A stretch of 54,882 nt of DNA, the filler included, from Circinaria calcarea (taxonomy: Eukaryota), in the NCBI GenBank assembly GCA_051942165.1. It is 2 parts of 2 records of this genome, joined end to end, with 100 filler letters (N's around TTAATTAATTAA, not from the genome) between each part and the next. Parts side by side here need not be neighbours in the genome. Positions count along the whole stretch, not along the records: positions 1 to 27,470 come from JAVECS010000066.1; 1 more part is not named here. One strand, given 5' to 3'. The position numbers and the translations under genes were made by a program. Below are positions 13,401 to 24,300 of the stretch, piece after piece. Position 1 is the stretch's first letter; every line of letters begins with the position of its first letter. Under the pieces are notes generated by a model that worked only from the letters and a program-made list of their open reading frames with translations, was not told the origin of the DNA and searched no databases.

Positions 13401-14083
13401 GATAACATTTTCAGCTTACTCTCAGCAATATATTGCTCCGGTCCAAGAAGAAGGTTTGCCCCCGCTGCTATAGCAACGCGAGATTCTCCTGATCGAAGCA
13501 ATTGAACAGCTTGATGAACAGCAACAAGACTGGAGGAGCAAGCAGTATCAATAGTCATTGATGGCCCCCGCCAGTCAAAGAAATATGATATGCGATTAGA
13601 CATTATACTTCGCGCCGTACCTGACGCAAAATAGGTGGGAAAATAGTTAGTATCGCGGCCTAAAAGATCGGCATAGTCGGCACACATTAAGCCCACGTAT
13701 ACTGCAGTCTGAGAACCTTGTAGCTCATCAATAGTGAGTCCAGCGGCTTCAAGACTTTCATAGACTGTTTCGAGAAGAAGTCGTTGTTGAGGATCGATTG
13801 AATGGGCCTCGACCGGTTTAATCCCGAAAAATTGAGCATCAAAAACACGATGGTCCTCTGTAAGGAAGTATGAGTGTCGGACGTTACTGGTCCCATGATG
13901 CATATTGTCTGGATGATAGAAACCATCAACGTTGAACCGATTAGGAGGAATTTCGCTTTGGACATCAGCAGGGTCACGCAGCAACTCCCACAATTTCGAT
14001 GGCGTGTTAGATCCGCCGGGAAAACGACACCCACTACCAATGATGGCAATAGGCTCATTTCCTCTTGCGAGTTGAGGTGCCAT
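1410..14083 (-). CDS. Hybrid iterative PKS-NRPS, KS-AT-DH-cMT-ER0-KR-ACP-C-A-T-R (multi-exon)
   Basis: Consecutive ORFs joined by GT-AG introns. [46 protein letters not shown] and HPAALD; cMT LEIGAGTG (split by an intron) and [83 protein letters not shown]. Confidence 0.97.
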
Positions 14084-14410
14084 GATGAGTATGCTTGGGG
14101 TAACGACTTATGGTTGGCGACTTGCGCGTCAAGGGCAGGAACGATAAAGTCTACCGGTGGCACTGTTATGGTGAAAATGAATGTCTCCTGCGGGACGAGC
14201 TCGAGCCGTATCTTAAGGCCACCTTTACCTATGACTCAATCGTGAGGTAGTATCGGATAGTGAGATATCGGAGGTCAAAGGCGACATGAGGATGCTTGTT
14301 GAATATTCACAAATGTCAACGTCAGTGCCCCCTGGCTTATGCCCTCTGGAATGTTGTGCCATCCGACAAAATCCCTTCGGGGATCCAGAGCGGCTCCGAG
14401 TTCAGAGTGT

Positions 14411-14420
14411 CCGAGTCCGA
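14411..14420 (-). promoter_or_regulatory. TCGGACTCGG motif upstream of PKS-NRPS (putative Zn2Cys6 site)
   Basis: ccgagtccga on +, about 330 bp upstream of the ATG; identical copies lie upstream of the other two locus genes. Confidence 0.65.
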
Positions 14421-14825
14421 GAGCCCTAGGCCTCGCAGGGATTCCTATTCCGATGCCCCCGATGCAGGGCATGATCAGTCTCTGCGTGCGTACTGGGATA
14501 CGGACATGTCATCGCAAGGTCCCTCCGACCGACCATGTATATTCGTCACTCACCAGCATACCGTCGGCTAGCTGTCAACAAGACTTCGTGCCAACATATA
14601 GAAGCCCTCCGGTGTACAGAACGTAAGCGGGTTTCAAGGGCTAAAATAAGCAGGCTTGGCTGAATTCTAACTTTTAGCCTTTAATCAAATAGAGTTTCCA
14701 AGTTGAGTAGGAGGCAAGGCACGTAATCATAACATTCTCTGTAAATTGCTAGATCTCAAACACATTTCGAGGCCTTTCTGCCCTCACGCAAACCCGAAAG
14801 TCCCAACTACACTCGTAGGGCGTGT

Positions 14826-16595
14826 TCAAGGGTCCCACTTTCTCGACTTGAACGCAAATTTCGTCTCGAGCCCCGGAGCCTGTGAGCCATTTGGTAGCGA
14901 GACCTTGGCAGGCCTTGACTCACCCTTTGCAAACATGAAATCGTAGTTCATAATAAGATGGGCCAGGCCGATCTTAATTGTACTGTTTGCAAAGAGACGT
15001 CCTGGACAAGCCATACTCCCATCGCCCCAACCCGGTGACTCAGCTCCCAAGCTTGCAAACTGGTATCGACTCTCCTTTCCGGGCTCCTTGCGGAGCTCAT
15101 GATAACGCATTCCGTTATACTGCTCGGGTTTGTCCCATAATTCAGGGGAATTATGGATATGGTGTGCATCGACACAAACAATTGTCCCAGCAGGAATTGT
15201 AGGGCCAATCGAGAGCTTTGTCGGGCTTCTTAGTAGACGGTAAAGGACGACTGTCTGTTGCATCAGAAAGTCACATCCGATTCCGACGTTCAAAGTAGAG
15301 AAAGCACCTACGGAGACTGAAGGGATTTGTTCGCGACGACTCTCTCATAACACTATCCATTTTCCTTAGCTCAGCTAAATGGGTCTTGGGCAGTTTGCCA
15401 TCCACCACCACTTCTCTCAGCTCCTGGCGCAGAACTTCGATCAACCCCGGATTTGAGGCCAGGTCGTTCATAATGTTATAGAAAGTGGCGGCGGTGGAAG
15501 GGGTTGATTCAAAGGTGACTATGATATAGTCGTCTGTCAGTTGATTTAGGGTTGCTTCGCCTGGCTTGTAGCGGGACATAAGGGCGGCTGTGAAGGGAAC
15601 TTTCCCGTCCTCGGTCAACTGTAATAGACCTCTCTTATCATCGCTATTCATGTATTGTTCCATATCTTTTTTCACGACCGGTGCAAGAACACTCTTCATT
15701 CTTCTTCTTGTTATCACGGCGGGTAAGAAGATCAAAGGAGCCGCCAGAGGTTGTAGCATCCGGGGAATGACACTAATGGCAAAAACACCAGCCATAACGG
15801 CCATTGGAAACCGCTCCACAAGCTTAAGCCATTTTTCGTTCTTCCCCAGCTCTCTACCGACGAATGAGCAAGCATTTGTAGTAGAAACCATTCTCATTAA
15901 AGCAGGGAATAACTTGATCTCCTTCCACTGCGGGCAATCACCAATTACAGCATCGGCCGCCGATCTAGTATCCTCCTGCCGTAAAGGAACCTTGATGGGA
16001 ATACTCCGAGCCAAATCAACACCGATCGTTTTCAGCAGCGCCGATGTTTCTTTACCAGCAGTTGTCCAAGTTCCAAAGTATATCTTATCGAAAAAGTCTT
16101 GGGCCGACGCGATATGGGATGGCAGTCGCTTGATTTCGTCAAATATAGCCGAAGGATAGACGACATATGGAATTCCTTGTGTCTTGATTATATATGGAGT
16201 TTCGGGATACTAGATCAACTTTAGGCTCAAAATATCATCGAGGACTATGAAGCAGGCCCACCGACCTTTGCTGCGCCTTGGTCCAAAATCTGTTGGAAAT
16301 CAAGCTTATGCTGCTTTGAGCCTCCGACAATTGGTAAGTTCAACTGTTTGAGAGTCTTCGGCTGCATGAAGAAGCGCCAAACAGTAAACAGCCCTACTAT
16401 TAGAGCTCCGGATGCCGCGAGTACCAGAGTCAAAGTTGACAGCTGCCGTAGGAAGTGTGCGGCTAGGAATTTCGTTATTTGCCATTTTGTTAGTCGCACA
16501 GGCGCAAGTGATTGTCGAATAATCGCAAATTGCTCGAATACATCGTACTCGAGTACTTTGAAGAGCAGGTGCTCAAGTATATTGTGGCTAGACAT
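14826..16595 (-). CDS. Cytochrome P450 monooxygenase (secondary-metabolism type; 3 exons)
   Basis: N-terminal hydrophobic anchor; K-helix ESSR in KMDSVMRESSRTNP; PEQYNGMRY (PERF equivalent); heme motif WGDGSMACPGR; introns at about 16211-16266 and 15250-15310. Confidence 0.95.
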
Positions 16596-16800
16596 TTTGA
16601 GAGGTTAAATCTAAGGTAGCAATAATTAACCCAATTAGCCAAAAGTAGGACGATAGCTGTAAAACACAAAGCTTTGGCGAAGATCGATCAAGCTTGCAAT
16701 TCCTCGTGGCTTATGGCTCGGCATCGTTCTATGCTCTTGGATGTTCCGATGCAGGCCTGTTCCGGTGCACCGAATCTCGTGTAATAGCTTAACGTGGCCT

Positions 16801-16810
16801 CCGAGTCCGA
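16801..16810 (-). promoter_or_regulatory. TCGGACTCGG motif upstream of P450
   Basis: ccgagtccga on +, about 205 bp upstream of the P450 ATG. Confidence 0.65.
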
Positions 16811-18188
16811 TTGGCAGCCAGTGGTTCCGGCAAAGGCGCAACATCCGCCGAAACCCCGAAGTTTCTTTGGATAGTAAGTCTGGTCCTGAAGACAAAGGTA
16901 ATGTACATTAGTAGCTATACCGATGATAGCTCACTGTGAAGCTTCTCTTTCACAGCCACAATTCTGGTGCCTGTACGCCACAACTCTTTCTCGTAGGAGT
17001 GCGTAAACGGCGTCAAGTCTGAAAACTACGCTGATAAGGTCCTAAGTCGACCAGATCCAGCTTCGTCATGTATAGCAGTAGCTAGCCAGCGGGGTGTTCA
17101 GCTCAAGATGTCTGTTTCTTGGAGTCGCGTTAATTGGATTGTCATTGAGTGGCAGTATGACTCGGCTCGCGTATCTCGAAATCAACACCTCAGGCATTTC
17201 AGCCATATTTTAGGAGGCTGTACTTTTGGGCTAGTTTAGATGTTTCGTATTCGACCTTTGTTAGCCATCATGGTGCCAGCGGATCATCCCATGAGAGGTG
17301 GAGGGCGACGAGAGAAGCATCGGCTACCCACTTGCAACCTTGACTAAATAAGCTAAGTCGGCTTTAATTTGCACATCACCTTGACCCCCTTCTGCAATTA
17401 CCAACCGCCTTTATATTTTACTTATCACTCTATATACTCTAGCAGCTTTATTATTTGCTTCGTGGTTACGCTTGCAGCGTGCTTCGACTACGCTTTCGAT
17501 TATGTGAAAGGGTAGAGCTCTTGTTCCAGCCTGGGACTCAATGCTTTCTCTCACGGAGTATGATTCCGATCTTTATTCTACAATCGACATTTACTGACTT
17601 ATCGGACTTTCTAAGTCTTACCTATGCTCCTATTGCATCTTAACCCGGTCACTATGGGCATGCCGGTGGGGTAGAATCTGGGCTATAGTATGGAGGATGA
17701 TGTTTTGGCTAGAAGTGAAACTCTCAGCAAAGGCTTCTACGCGTTACTAAGCACTCAGTACGTATGTGAATAAGCTTCATGCTACGTGACTGGGCTTTAA
17801 TCTGGGTACAAGATGCTATTGTAGATATTATTGCCAGCGTCACCGCGGTCTGTGTGCTACGCGGGCGGAGCAGGAGATGGAGTGCCTTTATCTCGTTCTT
17901 GTCATGCTCTTAGCAATGAAAGGCTGCCCTTGCAAAGAGCTACATTCCTAGAGAAAGCTGTGTATAATCTTGCAAGCGTGGTGGTACAACGTTATCCTCG
18001 GTTTCTGACGTACTTAGATTTTCTCGTCCTGCTTTAGGCCTACAGCATGTTCTGTGGGCAGATATGCGGTACAGCATCCCATATACTGTAGTGCACCGTG
18101 TATGCTACCCCGAATGGCTCCGGCTGACACGCTACCGAGCCTTGCACGGTAGGTTGAGAAACGGCGCCCCGAAAATTAAGTAATCAAC

Positions 18189-18198
18189 TCGGACTCGG
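18189..18198 (+). promoter_or_regulatory. TCGGACTCGG motif upstream of HR-PKS
   Basis: tcggactcgg about 140 bp upstream of the ATG at 18338. Confidence 0.65.
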
Positions 18199-18337
18199 TC
18201 AACTCCAGTCGGCCAGCTAGTGGGCAAGCAGATGGCAACAAGTCTTTGTTAGTTGGTTGATAACATGTGCACCAGTAGTCTGGCTTTTTCTTCTTTGAGT
18301 TTTTTTGAACAACGCTCTTTGCATACTACATTTCAAC

Positions 18338-21300
18338 ATGGCCATAACAGAACAAGCCGGCGTCGTTAGCGGCCAGCCCCAGCAGCCGTCCAACGAGGCT
18401 CTCGAGCCCATTGCCATTGTGGGCATGGCCATGCGGCTTCCCGGTGGGGTACGTAATGCAGAAGAATTTTGGGATATGTTGGTGAAAAAGAAGGATGGTC
18501 TTTGCAGAGTGCCCAAAGATCGCTACAATATAGATGGATTCTATAGTACTACTACAAGGCCAGGGACCTTGCAAACAACTGAGGGTTACTATCTTAAAGA
18601 TGTAAACCTGCAGCACTTTGATACCTCGTTCTTCTCAATAAGCAAGAAGGAGCTGGAACGGCTCGATCCGCAACAGCGCCAGTTATTGGAGGTTACCTGG
18701 GAGTGTATGCAGAACTCGGGAGCAACTGGCTGGCAAGGCAAGAACATTGGCTGCTTTGTTGGCGTGTTTGGTGAGGACTGGCTCGATCTCAACGCCAAAG
18801 AGACACAGCACGTGGGAGGGTACCGTGTCACGGGATACGGCGACTTCGTTCTAGGCAACCGACTATCTTATGAATATAATCTGCGTGGCCCAAGGTAATA
18901 GCTTTCTTTGCTTCCTCTCGCAACGTTGCCTGTGGTAACTTGGATATAGTATGACCGTCAAGACCGGCTGTTCTTCATCCTTGATCTGTTTACATCTTGC
19001 CTGCGAGGCTATTCGCTCAGGTGACTGCTCGTCTGCTATCGTTGGCGGTACCGGCGTAATAACTTCGCCAACGATGGCCCTTGCATTAACTGATCAAGGT
19101 GTTCTATCCTCGTCTGGAAAGTGCAAGTCCTTCGATGCATCTGCAGATGGATACGGTCGTGGCGAGGCTATCAATGCAATTTATATCAAAAAACTAAGTG
19201 ATGCTCTTCGAGATGGCGACACCGTCCGCGCTGTCATTCGTTCTAGCGCGACGAATTGTGATGGCAGAACACGAGGGATGCTTAGCCCGAGTTCCGAAGC
19301 CCAAGAAACTCTGATTCGACGTGCTTACAGCGTTGCTGGTATTTCTGACTATTGCCGGACAGCCTTCGTCGAGTGCCATGGTACAGGTACTTCTGCTGGT
19401 GACCCGCTGGAGTGCGCAGCAGTTGCGAATGTATTCGGAGAGGGGGGCGTTTGGATCACTTCGGTCAAACCAAATGTTGGACACTCGGAAGGCGCTGCTG
19501 GTATCACGAGCGTGATTAAGGCAGTGTTGGCTCTTGAGAACCAAGTGGTCCCACCCAATATCTTTTTCAAGGATCCCAATCCCAAAAGTATGTCTGGCTC
19601 TCCTCAAAGTTCTATGCTGACGCCTTTTCTCCAGTACCATTTGAAAAGGCTAAACTACGCGTTCCTACCAAGGTCGAACCGTGGCCCCAGGGTCGCTCCG
19701 AGAGGGTAAGCGTGAATTCTTTTGGAATTGGGGGTGCGAACGCCCATGTGAGTTGCGAATTCAGTGCTATCGCATCATGGTGTGTTTAATGCTTCAAGGT
19801 CATCATCGAATCGTCTCGCGAAAACAATGCGATAGCTACCTCTTTGGATGATAGCAACATCACCCGCCGGGACCATCCCCATCTTCTTCTCTTTTCCGCC
19901 AGTAGTGTTCCGTCGCTAGAAGCAAGTCTTGAAAAGTACAAGAGCTATATGAAGAGGTGTTTGCCGTCTCTAAATGATCTATCCTACACTTTGGCAATTC
20001 GACGAGATCATCTCTTATATCGTGCATACGCTGTCACGAACTGCCCATCTTTCCTAGAAGGCTCCCCTATTCAAACGGCAGGCTCGATATCACGCATCGT
20101 CTATGTTTTTACTGGCCAAGGAGCCCAGTGGCCGGAGATGGGAAGGTCTTTGCTCGATCACAATCCTACATTTCGAGATACAATTAGGAAGTTAGACAAG
20201 AGTTTGAAAACACTTTCCGCTGCATTAACCTGGACTATTGAGGGTATGAAACGTACTTCTCCAAAGTTAAAAAATAGTTGGTTCTGACTCGACATAGATG
20301 AGTTGCGTAAACCTGCTTCAACCAGTCAAGTCCAGAGGGCTGAATTCTCTCAGCCACTCTGCACCGCAGTCCAGATAGCATTAGTCGACGTTCTTCATAA
20401 GTGGGGTATTGAGCCAGGTGGAGTTGTAGGCCACTCATCCGGTGAGATCGCTGCTGCCTATGCCGCTGGTGCCATCACCGCAGAAGCAGCGATAGCTACT
20501 GCGTCCTTCCGTGGCATTACCACAAAGCACTCTACCAAGATCGGCGCAATGGCAGCAATTGGGCTTGGACGTAAGGAGGTTTCAGGATTTTTAAAACTTG
20601 GTGTCGTCATTGCTTGTGAGAATAGTCAGAGCAGCGTGACCCTCTCTGGAGACTCACAACAAGTCCAAGAAGTGGTGGGACAAATAAGGAAAGAACGGCC
20701 AGATGTCTTAGCTCGCATCCTGCTTGTCGAAAAAGCATATCATTCTCGTCAGTTGCTGGTTTCTTTTGTCGAAGGTCTAGCTGTTCACTAGTGTCCTCAC
20801 AATTTCTAAAACCATTGACAGCAATACTGACATCTTACTTAGATCATATGAAAGAGTTTGGGGAAAATTATCAAGAACACCTCGAGTCCGTGGTTAAATG
20901 TGTTACGCCGAGAGTTCCTTTCTATTCTAGTGTCATGGGCCGCAAGTTATCTGATACTGATAGGCTCGGGCCTTTGTATTGGCGGCAAAACCTGGAAAGT
21001 CCTGTCTTATTCGATTCAGCTATCCGAGCGGCCCAGTGTGATCAGAAGGGGAATACACTGTTCCTCGAAATTGGACCTCATCCAGCACTGAAAGGCCCCT
21101 TGAAGCAAATCCTTCGGGAGGCTGGTCAACCTGGCGACGTTCACGTGGGGTCGCTCACCAGAGGCAACGATTGCGAAGATAGTCTTCTCCAGCTAGCTGG
21201 AAATCTTTTCCTGAATGGGGTCACACTCGACTATAGTATGATTTCGTTACATGGAGCAGTTCTAACTGATCTACCGGGCTATTCCTGGGTTTACGATATG

Positions 21301-24300
21301 GAGCACTGGAATGAGCCCCGCCTGGCACGCGACTGGAGGTTCCGTGAGCATGCACCCCATGATCTACTTGGCACCGCAGTGATCGAGGGAAATAACGAAC
21401 CTAGATGGAGAAATATGCTGTCAATCGACAGCGTTCCCTGGTTAGCTGATCATGTAATTGCGGATCAGGTACTCTTTTGTGGTGCCGGCTATATTGCTAT
21501 GGTGGGAGAAGCACTTCGCCAAATCTCGGGAGTCGAGGTCTACAGCCTTAAACATATCTCTCTATCCTCGGCTCTTATCCTTGAGCACGGAAAACCTATA
21601 GAAATCTCGACCAGTCTCTCACATGCTCATTTAACAACTTCACTTGACTCTCCGTGGTTTGAGTTTCAGATCGCTTCCTACAACGGTAAAACCTGGACAA
21701 AACACGCTTCAGGTCAGGCTAGATCATTGGTTGATAAGTCGGTCAAGATTGATGCTCCTCGGCCAATTCTATCCTTGCCCAGGAAAGTATCTACTATCGA
21801 GTGGTATAACGTCATGAAACGAGTGGGGCTCAGCTACGGGCCAGCGTTCCGTCAAATGGACCACATTTCAGCTGCAACTAATAAACAAGTAGCAGTCGCA
21901 ACTATTTTCAACCCTGAAAGACCCGGAGAGTCATCATATGCCTTGCACCCGGCAACTATTGATCAGTGCTTCCAGCTCCTGACAGTTGCTGCATTTCAAG
22001 GTCAAGGACGAAAATTTCAGCAACTTGCGGTTCCGACCTATATCGAGGAGCTTGTGATTGTCCCTGGTACACAAGAAATACATGTTGAGGCAATCTCAGC
22101 CCTGTCTATCAAAGGAGCTTTCACAGGAGACGTATTGGCGCAAAGCATCGAAGGTACTCTTCTGCATATGAAAGGATTTAAGTCATCCCCACTTGAGACT
22201 GGGAACTCAGCGGTCGATGACGTCCGCCTCATCACACAAATCGAATGGAAGATTGATAGCGACTTTTGCGAACTGGACAAACTTATGAAGCCCTGCAAGA
22301 TATCTAGGAAAGAATGGCCTCTTCTAGAAGAACTTTTCTTACTCTGTATTATGGATCATCAGGATCGGATCAGTCCCTCAGTGAATACTCCAAATCATCT
22401 TCGCAAGTTTCTTAACTGGATGCAGATGCTAGAAAATTCTGTGGAGTCTGGGACTTACAACGTTCTTTCTGAAGTCAAAGCACTCCGTGCACTAAACTCG
22501 TTTGAAAGACTGGCTCGCATTCAACATATCGTCACGGAGGTGCAGATGACCGAGTTCGCTGTAGCCGCTGTCGCTATTAAGCGGTTATTCGACGCGGCTG
22601 GTTCAATATACGAAGGTGAAACAAATCCCTTAGATCTGTTGATGAAAGATAACCTGCTTCCTGATCTTTACACTGCCGTAGACTCGGGCAATTACAGTGA
22701 AGCCTTCAAAGTGCTCGCGCACAAAAAGCCGCGTCTTAGGATACTTGAAGTCGGCGCTGGAACAGGTGGTACTACCGCAAAGATCTTTGAGGCTCTAGTA
22801 TCAACCTATGCAGAACGAATGTACGCAGAGTACACCTATACGGACATCTCTTCCGGATTCATGACATTTGCGAAAGAAAGGTTCAAGAATCATGAAAATG
22901 TCACATATCGTGTCCTTGATATTAGTCAAGATCCATCCGAGCAAGGGTTCGAGAAAGGGGCTTACGACCTCATCATCGGCTCCAATGTAGGTTATCTTTC
23001 TACCTTTCTAACAACTATATGCCTAGTCTGATATTTACGGTATATTAGGTTGTCCATGCTACTCCGTCTCTACAGATGACCTTGAAAAACCTGCGAATGC
23101 TACTACACCCCGGAGGTCACTTGTTTCTCCAAGAGCTCTGCCCCGGTAGGTCGATTAGTTATCGATATGGTGAAATTTGGTATCTAACATTGATATAGAC
23201 ATGAAGTGGATTAATTATATTATGGTAAGACCTTTGTGATATTGGAGGAAATCTCGATATTATAAAATGCTTTAAAGTTGAAAGTTTCCTTGATCGTTAC
23301 GCTGACATCTCATTCTAAGGGATTCCTTCCCGGATGGTGGCTCGGACATGACGATAATCGCTCCAATGAGCCTTATATAATGCCGGCCCGTTGGTCCGAA
23401 GAACTTCTCTCCGCAGGATTTTCGTCCCCGAATGCTATCGTATACGATGACATTAAGCCATATCACCTCAGTGCAAACATTATAGCCTCGCCGGCAAGTG
23501 AGGCTATACTTCCCAATAGAGTCACATTGCTATCTCACTCCGAAAGTGGCCCAGGAGTCCATGAGACTAGAGCATGCTTTGAAGATTTTGGCATTGCGGT
23601 CGATATTTGCCTTTTCGGTCAGGTCCCTCCCCATTGTCAGGATATCATTTCGCTCCTTGATCTTCAAGAACCCATATTACATAGTATCTCTGAAGAGGCT
23701 TTCTCAACTTTCACAAAATATCTACTTGCACTCGACACGTCAATGCTTTGGGTCACTCGGGCTTCTCAAGTCAATTGCAAGGATCCTCGAGCAGCCATGA
23801 TACTTGGCATGGCGAGGTCGGTTCGAAACGAGCTCTCACTTGGCCTCTTCACTGTAGAAGTCGATAGCGTCACACCTACACCAATGGTAGCAAAGGCCAT
23901 ATTCGACATTGTTCGAAGAATTCATTCGCCAGAGAGATGTGACAAAGAAATGGATCCTGATTGGGAATACGCAATTGTGAACAGTGAAATCCAAGTGCCC
24001 CGGTTGCACTGGGAAGCTATGAAGTACTCCATGGCACAACGCCCAGGCGAGAGCCTGAGCGCCAATAAACGTATCACTGTCGGAAAGACTGGCCTTTTGC
24101 ACACGATGCAATGGAGCGAAGAGGATTTGGAAGGCCCTAAGGATAATGAGGTAATCGTGAAGGTCAATGCTGTAGGGTTAAACTTCAGGGTATGTTTTTT
24201 CAAGTCTTTTGAGGTCTTCGCTAATATCTCTCGAGGATGTACTTATTGTTATGGGTGTTATGGACGATAGCCCTACTGAGCTCGGCCTTGAAGGCTCTGG

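Noticed and set aside
16635..18037. Short ORFs in the P450/HR-PKS intergenic region
   Set aside because: No motifs, mostly non-ATG starts; better explained as a divergent promoter.
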